Part shown: one piece after another, positions 53,601 through 64,000 of the stretch | Numbering within the stretch: the first letter of the stretch is position 1 | Layout: each line of letters starts with the position of its first letter | From: Catajapyx aquilonaris | Taxonomy: Eukaryota | Direction: 5' to 3' | NCBI GenBank assembly: GCA_000934665.2 | Contig: KZ538047.1 | Location: 62,001 to 126,000 of the forward strand | Length of the DNA: 64,000 nucleotides | Notes under the pieces: generated by a model | Databases searched by the model: none | Told to the model about the DNA's origin: nothing | The model's input: only the letters and a program-made list of their open reading frames with translations | Made by a program: the position numbers and the translations under genes

Positions 53601-56600
53601 AGCCAATGAACAAAAAAAAAAGTGGTGTGCACTACGTAATTAGGTTGCAGTTGAAAGTTTGCAGTTTGGGGTTAGCGTAGTATATAGGCGTATAGGATTA
53701 CATCACACAGGTAATTAAACAGTTACAGGTCGAATCACAGCTCGACTTACTTAATGAACTTTTATATAGTGGAAATTAATAATTTTTGGGTAGTCCTGCA
53801 AAGGGTGATATTTTTATGCATTTTTCAGCCACGCGACTCCGGGAAATATTTCAGCAAGTAATGATTAGAACGTTGATTAGACCGCTAATCGACAGGCGGT
53901 GCTATCAATTTTGCTGAAACCTGTGGAGCAAGGAAATGAAGCTCATCTTAAAGCGAATATTCGTTGAGTTAGAGACACCAGCTCTTAATTAATTACTAAC
54001 CTTGCAGAAGACACGTCCTACAGTATATCTGATGCAGTACAATACAAATTAACTAATGTACGGTATGTCGGAGAGAAAAGTATTTTAGATCCCTATAATC
54101 ATCCTAATGTTTCTTCAGTGTTGTCGCTGCTTAATTTCAACAACCGTATAGGTATCCTGGAGAGAAAGTTTCACACTAGTTGTGAGGCCTTGATGTTACA
54201 GTACCTACCCAGTATAATGTCACGATGTTGGTGGTGGAGCAAGGTACAGTGGTTGAAGGAGTTTTAGCAGCCTTGGGCGGGAATCTCTCTGGGAAACCAA
54301 GACACAAAATTAACTAGCTTCAAGCACAGTACATCGCTCTCTATTTGCCGCGGTTCATTTGCAGGCATTTATTAATCATGAAGTTATGAATAGAATGATG
54401 GAGTCTGAAGGAACACCTTATACTGTAAGTGTGTTGACTTCTACGTTCATTGTTCATACTGCATTGTCGACATGCGATTGCCCAACTTCAGCCAAATGCA
54501 ACAACAACACAGTAAATTACAAAGCCGGAAGCGACAGCTATATGAAGTTAAATCCTGCGAATAATACCCTTTGCTATTGACAAGTCCTCCACCTTCTGAC
54601 CCCGGTTCTGACCTTCATATCCATTTATTGCATTTTTTATTTAGTTCCCGCCTTCACACTGTGCACGTGGCATATACGACAGCTGATCAAAGCATTTCGC
54701 GGGCGCAATTATATGGCTGCGATGAATATGGCTGCGAGGAAAGCGGAGATAAAAAAATTTGCATTAATAGCCTATATATAGTGTGAGAGGTGTGACTGCA
54801 TGGTTGTGTGTAACAGAATGAAAGGATGCCATCAGCTGCAGGGCTGTTTGCGGATTTTTTTTTGTCGAACACCCATTTTCAGAGGCGGAACATCATCGGA
54901 ACTTGGCGTCTATATATGCTTGTACTTTGAAACACCCATTCTCCAGGAAAGTTGTGAGCAAAACCGTGCACTGTTCGAGGAATGTTGCTGGCATCAATTA
55001 CACGCATACCAGTGCATAGTACAGAGGACCTCAGTGCCTCGCTCCCTTGCAAGTGAAATTGATGAGAAAAGGTCGGGGTGTGAAGAGCATAACGTGCTGC
55101 CTGGGACCAATAAATTCGACATTCCGCGATCGTGTGCAGGTTGCGACTGGAAGGGAATAATATTGCGATTGCTGGCGATTAGTCCCCCGAGAGTAACGTA
55201 TACCGGTACACATTTTGCTGGACCTCTTTTTTTTGTCACGGGCCAACTGTCGGCATGCTAGGTTGGGTGCAGAGGAATATTCGAGAGTAGCACAAAGTTG
55301 CTTTGACATTTCAGTAGCAAATGTAAACACGTACGCAGGATTTTCCGCGGCTGGCCTCTTCCCCGTTTTGCTTCTTTGCTTCTTTGGCGGACGTCACCAG
55401 GAAAGCATCGTAGAAAATGGTTTAATCTGACATATTATAGCAAAGTAGGCTTTCGGGACAAACTTGATAAGGGCACCAAAACAGCTGGGACTCATAATGT
55501 AGATTTAAACGTAAGCTGCTTATGCCTTTGACTGTAGGCCTACTCTGTACTTACAAAATGCTGGAACTGAAATGCTCTTTGCAATGATTTGGGCATAGTC
55601 GTGGACATAATACCAACAAACTTTCTGCTTTATATAATATGCACGAAACAAGTATTTCTACCTGACAGGTATTTTTCTTCAACCCCCCCGATTCTTTAAG
55701 AGAAAAGCCGTCGTTTAAAGGTACAGATGTAAACTGCTGCACCAGCAGATGTATATATAGTCTCCCAGCAGAGCACTTTGCTGGGGAGGTTAGCCGAAGC
55801 AAAAGGGCAAGGTCTGCAGCCGCGAATATTCTGACGGGAAAAACGGCATGAGGAATTGAGAAGGGCGGAAAGGAGTGAAAAGCGTCAGGTGGTTTCTATC
55901 ATGTGAGGGTCCCTCATGGAGAGAGAAAAAAAATGAGGTCGAATGAAGGCTTCCCATCTTTACCAGTCCTGAAAGCAGACCACGGAGAAGAGACGGGGGA
56001 AAAAAAAGGAAGTGTGGAAACAGACTGGGAGTGTCTAAGGCCAGGACGACAGTAAGACAGGCCTCCGAAAATCCGATTGCAATTGCCACTTCCTCCTGGG
56101 ACCGCAATCGATTCCCTTTGCTCCATCCCCAGCCTCCCCGATCCGTGTATGGTTCCGGATAGTAAAAGAGGTGGGGGGGGGTTTGAACCAGCTCCGGTAC
56201 CTGCCCTGAAAATTACGACCAAACACTTTGTCACCTTAGCTCCGGAGAGCACCCACCTAAGTGACAGGTAATTTCCGCAAGATTCACGTGCCATGTACGT
56301 AGTACTGTAAGCAATTAGGAGGTGCTATAAACCCCCATACTGTTCATCAAAACCACTCGTAAATGCTACATGTTTATAATAGTTGGAGTTTAATTCAGTG
56401 TTGTGCGATTATTTTTTTATGCAGCTATGCTAAAAAGTGCAGCTAGATATTGGATGCCACGAGAGGGGGTTATCAGAAGCTCCGGCTGATTAATTTTTCC
56501 CCACGAAAGCCCTATTAGGGGCACAGAGCTCCAATAATATCCTTCAGCCGATGGCATGCCAAATTGCAGTACTCGCCGTCCCCCCCCCCCCTCATACCCG

Positions 56601-56964
56601 CAATTCGACAGTATCTGTAACCATTTTCTATGCAGTTCAATCAAGCACAGATTATTTCTAATCGCTCCTAGCTTATGCAGATTATGCCCCGGTAATGCTA
56701 TGGCGAATATGCACACCGCGTTTCTAGGCACGTTTCCAATCATTTGATTGGATAGTTCAGGTAATCAGTGTGGTAAAACTATAGTGTTACACAGATGCAC
56801 TGCTACTGATTTAATGTTATGTGAGAAAGGCGATTTCCTTTCCTATGGGAACAATTTGTTGGAAAGCTACATGCTCACCTGAACACTACACGGTACATTA
56901 CATCCTAGACTTAATTACTGCGTGTAAAAAAAGTAATCTTGGCTTATTTTCTGGTTCGTTTCAG

Positions 56965-57105
56965 GTTCGTTCAGTTATTCTCACCTGGGCTTTGAGGCTG
57001 ACCGCGACAAAGGTCCGACGGGCGATCCATCATTGGGAGAAATGACCAAAAAGGCTTTGGAAATCCTTCGCAAGAGTCCCCACGGCTTCTTCCTCATGGT
57101 CGAAG
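56965..57105 (+). CDS. ALP: Alkaline phosphatase coding exon (PSL.EMT ... GFFLMVE), absent from the ORF track
   Basis: Acceptor ggttcgtttcag| and donor |gtaaga. Encodes (G)SFSYSHLGFEADRDKGPTGDPSLGEMTKKALEILRKSPHGFFLMVE. Phase 1 to 1, so it bridges the flanking exons in frame. Confidence 0.94.
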
Positions 57106-60100
57106 GTAAGAGAAAAACGCATTACTACTACTCAACATCATCTATCTATCGTTTCAACTCGGGGATCTGCAGGGCCTGGTTGTGGTGACAGATCCCATCT
57201 GAAACATGTCTGCTCCATGGGTATAACTTAGCTTAGAAAAAAAAAATGTCAGGTGCAATTTACTAGAGAGGGAATCCCCACACCCATGTGAAATTTTTTT
57301 AAGCACTGTCGACTCTGTTAACGAGCTCAAGTTTTTAAAGCTTGCCCATATCCACCGGAAAATGTTCCGCATCACAGCGTAAGCCACAACATATTTGAAG
57401 AGCCTAGTTGCGAAAATGGGGAGCTAACTGACATTTTTATCGGAAACTGTGCGTTGACATTATAGATTGGGAAGTTTCAAAGTAAACTGGCCGCTACCAC
57501 CCCTAAAGTAAATCATTTTTAACGAGCTTGCACTTATGTCCATACAGTTTGCATTGTCCTGCATAATTCCTGCTAAAAATGCGACCCAGATTTTTCAGGA
57601 CTTTTTGCAAATATTATTGGAGGCGCTATTATTCAAATTGGCACAAAAGATGAAGACAATAGGCCACTTGAAAGTGCCTAGAAGCGCAGTTTTTTTGTGT
57701 GTGTGAACTGGCCAAAAAAAAGTGTTGTTTTGAAGTGGGTTTGTTGTCGGACACAGGGGCTATGGGATGGTAGGGCTCAGAATGACAGACGACGTGGCTG
57801 CCTTGGGAGGAGTATACCTTCTTCCAATCCCCTTTTGTGAGCTGGCCAATGGAATCGCCAACAGGCCTTGCAATATTTTTTTTTGCTGCGATATATACTT
57901 TTTTTCCCCTCCTCAGAAACCAACCCCCTCTCCGTGTGTATTACGACAGCGCCACTCGGACTAGAATCGTTCGGCTAGGCAGGAAAAAGAAAAATCGTTT
58001 TGCCGATGAAAGAGGATGCTTTTAAAGCTTCACAAGGTTAATTTGTTTCGCTTGCTGCGCTTCTGTTGGAGAGCTAGATCCAACAAAAAATATATATGGT
58101 GGGTTTCCATAGAGAAGGCTTGAGGTCAATTGCAGGGAGGGTAATAGAATTTCAGTGTCGGTCAGAATACGGAATATGTTTGATGGCTGCCATCAGGGAT
58201 TTTGCTGGGCTTTTGTGCGGACTGGAATTTTAGATGTCATTGCGAATTAAATCCACGTCGCTTGCTGACAAATATATATTTTGGTCCAAACATGTTTGAT
58301 GTCTATTCCATTACCCGTCCCCCAGCTAATTTGTTGCAACGTTTAAAAAAAATACAATTACCAGAATTTGACCAGTGCAGCTAATTATAATTGGCTCATT
58401 TCATTTCACAAGAGGCTATATAGATTTGTCAACTGAATTTTACCCTCGCTGTTCCGTAAAGAGTTCATATATATCTGCGAGCATATCCGCAGCATTATCC
58501 GAATCCCCTCCCCTTTAAGTGCCGAATGAAACCAAATTTATGAAAGTAACTCGGCGTTTTAAGCGTGTAACGCGTCCATAATGCCCATTCATCATACGTC
58601 AATCCGGTGGCTCAATATTCAGTACATGAGTGCTGGGGTAATTCAGGGTTTTAAATTCAGGTCGTGCGTTTAGCACCAGAAGTCCCAGGCCTGCTACTAC
58701 ACAAACAGGCGGAACATACGTAGAGAGAGAAACCGTATAGACAATCAGCAGCCGAGTTTGCAGAGGGAAAACTACATTTTCGGCATTGGGGGAGTTGGGA
58801 GGGTGAAAAAAAAACACAAATTTTGAATCACAAGAAAAGAGGCCTTCCTCTCTCTCACTCGGGCTGTAGAAATGCCAAAAGTCTGCGGCTTGTATAGGCG
58901 GAGAATAAAATTGGATATTCTAACGCGAAGGAAGCGGCGAATACAATTTCATTCGGAACCAACCCCAAGCCAACGTGAATTGGAATATTTCGGCCGCAAT
59001 TGGCACGATAAAAACACTGTATAAAAAGACTGCTTGCGGGCTGCCTACCTAAACACAATGTGCCTAGGCCATACCTGACAGGCATTTCAACCATGCAATG
59101 ATGGAATCAAAATAACGGGTGCTTAACACTCTCAAAGTTCTCTCTTTTTTTAGTAGTAGCTGATCGTTCAAAACTAATAAACCTGATAAAACATTCAATG
59201 ATCCCCGTTGCATGTTGCATGGTAAGTCGCGGTTTATATGTTTGGTTATAATTTGAGAACGTGAAACGCTGTCTGTGTTAGTCGAGAATGACAAGCAGTG
59301 TGCACTTATATTCTCTTTTTTTCATTACTCCAGCTTACTGCGTTCTGTTTGAAGTGGGCCTGTGATTATGGCGTATGTCACAGACGAGGGACCGTATTGA
59401 TTTTGGACTTTCAAAAGAACTCGGTCCCCATCAACCGAATTTTTTGCTAGGTTCCATTTTCAACAGTGATCTCTGGCGAAGATTAATGCCGATTAACGTA
59501 GCAGGAACCGCGGCCATGATTGATAAGTTTCAAGTGCATTATGCAGCTGCGTAGTATACGAGTAAAATACAGGGCATCAAAAATAATTACTCGGAATCCT
59601 TCATTTACATACTGTGTATACTCGGGTAGTTTGCATTTTAATGGCATGGGAGGCACTTCACGCCATTTTCTGGAACCGATAGAGCTGGTTACATGTGGCC
59701 AGGTACAGGAACATGTTGGATATCGACAAATATTATAACAATAAAGCCACTTGCAAATTCCTGCATTGCGGTATTGCTCCAATAAACAATTTAATTAATA
59801 GAATCAGTTGTCAAAATATTTTTTTATTTTAAAAATAAAATCCGACGCACATGCCCCACGCAATAAATCCGATACAAGCGAAACATGAGGTTATTGAACC
59901 TCAGCAGGATTTGGAAGCAAAAACCCGGAACTGTACACACTCCATTGGAGCGTATGACTTTTTTTTCGTACAATATTCACTCAGTTTGAAACTCTGCAGA
60001 GAATATTATTAGTATAGAATGCTGTGGAAAGAGAAGGAGAAAGAGAAAAAAAAGACTGTTTCTAACTGTAACGTTAAATTCAAGTCACTGCAATTTGGCC

Positions 60101-61895
60101 GTCGTCTTCTTCTTTTTCTCCCTTTCCGACGATATTTCTCCCTCATTTCCTTCTCCACCCGTGCAGAAAGCGACCATGTTTCTTTCGATTTCTTTTCCGG
60201 ATCCTATCTGAACCTCCAGACATTTTGCGTCGCTTAATAACTTACTGGGACGGGCTCGTATGTGATTAGCACGAGAATAACGAAGGCAGTTACGCACTGC
60301 TTGTAGATAAATACTCACTTTTTTGCCTGCTACAGTATTTTATGATGGCAGGAAAAAGTGCAATAATGCTATTTTCTCTCTCTTAAAATGTACAGTACGT
60401 GTCAGTTCTGCCTGTATGTATGAACCACGTACAGTACGCGCTCTCTCACAGAGCATGTTTAACACTGTACAAATTGTTGACCAACAAAACCACATTGTAT
60501 GAAGCCCAGACCTGAAAAGGGCCCAGTTTAGTTAGAGAGGAAAAAAAAATAGGGATGGGTTTCGGAATATTACATGGCATTCCTGGCCTCCCCATATTAT
60601 GACCATAGGGCCTCGTTTTGGTGGTGTTGCCTGGGTGGATGCCACTGATATTCAGTCCTAGTTGACTTGCATTTTGCGGGGAAACCCTTGCCAAAATGCA
60701 ACTCCATTCTCTCTCTCTCTGTCCCCACGGGCAATTTCAATGAGAGAGAGACATTTACTACCCCCTTATATCAGGTCACACTGCAGCCTTCTCCTGTTCC
60801 CACACGAACAGCTCCCAAAATGAATGGAAAGGGAAAGCCAGTTGGCGAAAATGACAAGGGAATGCTCCTTCATTCTCACAACTGATGCTGAAAACGGACG
60901 ATTATTTCAATTATAGAATCACATTTCCCCATCACTAAAATTTCAGTCACTTGCCACTATTCACATGGAACCCCCCTTTAGGTTTAGACAGCACTTTGCA
61001 TAATAATCGCCTCAGATAACCAACAAACCTTCTTCGTCTTCGCCAGACAAGCTTCTTTTCTTCCACCAGGATCAATAGTCCGCATAGGCATCCTGAGAGT
61101 GACTCTGGGCGAGATGGTGACATTGAGTTGGTGGAGAGAGAGAATAAAGTGCGGCTCTATTGTATGAAGTGCGACGTCTATTGTTGGGATAACTTTGCTG
61201 AGGCGTACAAAGACTGAAGCGGAGTAGGGAGAAGAAGGGCCTCCAAAAATGAAGGTGAAATTTTAGCCAGCACCGTTTGTGGTCTGTTGCAAAAACCACC
61301 TCGAATGGAAAATGTGCTTCTTCGCAGCTGCCTGAAGGAAAAGAAAAAAATCCAAAGTAATAAAAAAAATGTGAAATTCTAATTTTGACGCTGCATTTGT
61401 CACAAGAGTTGGGTCCTGGTGTGGCGTAGACAAAGATTACTGGTATATAGGCCCCCCATTTCTTATTCTGGCAGAGAATGTGGACTTCCTGAGGCCGTAA
61501 ATCCCAGTTTAGTTCGGCAGTTGGGAACCAGTTGCACATAATACACTCTTCTTTAGGGGGTATAGGGAAGGAAGCGCCGCCGCTTTTCCGGGCTCGTCAT
61601 TTGTAACTTGCGACTGCTGCTCTTTTCTCTCCCCTTTTGCTTTAATTATGCAGTTCTCGAGAAATTTTGGTAGGAAGGAAAAGGAGCATCTGCAATTTCC
61701 CTCCCACTTGTTCCGCCACGGCGACTCTTATTTCTGTCCCAGTGGATTCCTATTGGTGCGACATTTCCGAAAAGGAAATGAATGGATGGAAAACTCTGGA
61801 GACCGAAACACTGCCGTAATTTTAGGCTCGCAGCTTGCCCATGTTTTTTTTTTTGTGAAATTTTATTTTCAAGAGGGATAAAACTTTGTTTCCAG

Positions 61896-62090
61896 CCGGT
61901 CGAATCGACCATGCTCATCACTACAACAACGCATATCGTGCCCTGGAGGAGACACTGGTTCTGGAGGATGCACTGGAGGAGGCTCTTCGGCTGGTCAACC
62001 CACACGACACCTTGATGGTGGTCACCGCTGACCACTCGCACGTCTTCACACTCGGAGGCACCGGAACACCCAGGGGGAACCCCATCTTAG
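61896..62090 (+). CDS. ALP: Alkaline phosphatase coding exon (Zn-ligand motifs RIDHAHH and ADHSH)
   Basis: Acceptor ctttgtttccag| and donor |gtaagt. Encodes (A)GRIDHAHHYNNAYRALEETLVLEDALEEALRLVNPHDTLMVVTADHSHVFTLGGTGTPRGNPIL(G). Phase 1 to 1. Confidence 0.97.
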
Positions 62091-64000
62091 GTAAGTAGTT
62101 CTTTGACCCAAACTTGCTATTGGAAAGCCGCTATCGTTTCAAAACAGCAGTTTGCATGTTATAGTCGACCTATATATACAGTGAGACGGCTGACTTTTGT
62201 AGCTGTTTATTGCTGAATCTTTTCCCATCTTTGCTTGCGACTCGCTCCCATTTTGCTGAAGTCAACAAGCAAACAACTGGGGTTTCGACCCAGAGGTCGT
62301 GTCTCCTCTCTTAAAATATACCATCGTTGTCATATATTGACCGGTATTGGTTTTTGGTGTCCTGCAATTCGGTCCCCATTAGGAACAAACGAGTATTCTT
62401 TATCACTTGGCGGTATAATGAGCGTGTGGACTCGTCTGGACCCAGAAAATGGAGTCTGGGGGGTAGGGTGTGTGGAAACTAATATCGGGAGGGCCATTAT
62501 CCTCTCTCGATTCCTTGCGGCGGCTCGACATTCGCCGCCGGGCTGAGGCCAGAAAACGCTGCAAATTGGTGCTGGCCGAAAAGAGGCGCACTTGTGCTCT
62601 CAACGGGCCTAATCATGCGCAGTATTCGGTACACATCGGGTCCCCATGGTATACTGAAGAGGGTGAAGGTATATTGGCCGAATCGAGTCGACCAAGCTCG
62701 TAATATGCGGCTGGGACTAATTCACTCGCAGCCCGCGTTTCATCTCCATGCCTGGGTGTCATTTAGGAAGTGTAGTCAAGTACGCATAATTATTTGTTAT
62801 TTTTTTACAGTACAAACACGATGAAATTTCTGCGAAAACTAAACGTGTTGACTTATCACCAGCGTGCATGTAGTTGCCACTTTCTCCGTGGAGTGGCAGT
62901 AGTGTTCAGACGATGAGCGCCATCTGCCAAGTGGGGGGGCAGTGTTGCCAAGGTTTGGGTTCACTAGGCCTGTGACATCAAAACGTCTTCTTGTGATCCT
63001 TGAGCGTGTTGTGGAGAAGAAGGAATGCTTTTGAAGAGAGGGTTCACAGACCAGTGAGCTTTTTGTAGGGGGTTGGAAGAGAGAGGGGGGGAAAGGGGGG
63101 CGGAGGATTTGATTCCGGTGGAGAGCAGCGGTCCCACCCAATTGAATGGCTCGTTAAAGCTGTTTTTGTTAGCCTCGAATCCCATTTCAAACTACTGTTT
63201 CAACAAGTTGCGAAAGGTATTAGGCACTTTCTCGAAACTGCAGTGCGCGGGAGGGAGGTTTTCCGCGATGTCTATTATGCTAAATATGGTTCTCTCCTGG
63301 CCGCCGCCGCAGCCCCCCCTCAGATGCTTAAGTTGGGGGAGGGCACACAATTGAAGCAAACTGGCGTCATCCATTAGGTCATTCCCGGAAAACAGCAGCA
63401 GACTAGCCCCTGGGCTGAGTGTATGTTAGTCCCCTCTAGAGAGAAGTATAAATCGATGCATTATATGAGCCGGAATCTCGCATGGAAAAGGGAGGAAAGG
63501 TCATTTGGCCAAAACCGTAATGTCCGCAGTCGCATCCGACGAAAACGCCCGGTGGCCCGCACCAGCACATGTCCTGCGCCCCGGGGCCATTAGACCACCT
63601 GACTGCCTATTTAAGGGGGCTCTGGTTTATCGCGCCCTCCAAGCCATTCAGAGAGAGAGAGAGCCCACAGAGCCATCATCCCCCCAGAGTGCCTGCAGAC
63701 ACACAACACCCGCACCGGAATCCTACAGGGTGTTTCTGAAGAAAGGCTGAATAAACTATAGACAATATTTCCGCAGTGATCAAGAAACAAGGAATCATAT
63801 TGTTAGACGTTTTAGGACAGCTGGAACTCAGGCAGATCTTTCCATATAGTAAAATATTCACCAGAATGGACAGCCCCGATTGACATATTGCGTGCTGCGG
63901 GTAAAGGAGATCCTGCTGCCGCCTGTAGCAGATACAATTCCGTTTCCGGTCTTACTGCGTCGTGTTGGAGTGGTTGTTGACCTTTACAGTACTCTTAGCG

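Larger units (their letters stand above)
17139..62090 (+). other. ALP: Alkaline phosphatase gene (ALPL/TNAP-like), partial span: 6 coding exons and 5 introns
   Basis: Exons of 221, 175, 179, 208, 141 and 195 nt (1119 nt total) splice at GT-AG sites with matching phases into a stop-free frame. It contains the family motifs GDGMG, DSS(A), THATPA, GGG, FFLMVE-GRIDHAHH and VTADHSH. Introns are 4566, 20698, 5877, 7902 and 4790 bp. The 5' and 3' ends are incomplete. Confidence 0.96.

Noticed and set aside
62908..62952. CTCF-like gcgccatctg motif and hAT-like cagtgttgcca terminus
   Set aside because: These are short motifs with no partner TIR identified and no independent support.
704..63861. The many 60-230 aa ORFs in the six-frame track as standalone genes
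   Set aside because: Apart from those overlapping ALP exons, they show no recognisable domains and are rich in homopolymer-derived F/K/P/G runs. They behave as chance ORFs in eukaryotic intronic or intergenic DNA.
62091..64000. Next ALP exon (expected PYTTL.YGNGPG-type segment)
   Set aside because: I found no matching translation, so the remaining exons probably lie beyond the window.

Overview
This is eukaryotic genomic DNA, most likely from an invertebrate animal, and is almost entirely intronic or intergenic. It contains two assembly gaps. The only gene I can support is a spliced, + strand alkaline phosphatase of the ALPL/TNAP-like family. Six coding exons (17139-17359, 21926-22100, 42799-42977, 48855-49062, 56965-57105, 61896-62090) have GT-AG boundaries and compatible phases, and join into an open frame of about 373 codons. 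All catalytic and metal-ligand motifs expected in this part of the protein are present. The signal-peptide exon is uncertain (candidate at 8554-8635), and the 3' exons appear to lie beyond the window. The short ORFs in the supplied track are otherwise not credible genes. The most striking non-coding structure is a 569-bp intronic element at 20991-21559. It has imperfect 35-bp terminal inverted repeats, a 180-bp internal tandem duplication, nested hairpins and 14 perfect TATCGATA (DRE) motifs, which suggests a non-autonomous DNA transposon carrying BED-finger-type binding sites. Smaller features are a possible solo LTR, several hairpins and palindromes, an 88-bp tandem duplication and microsatellites. 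Both gaps are bounded by a C-run on the left and a G-run on the right. I found no CRISPR array, intact RNA gene or autonomous transposon ORF, and no clear evidence of a new multi-gene system.
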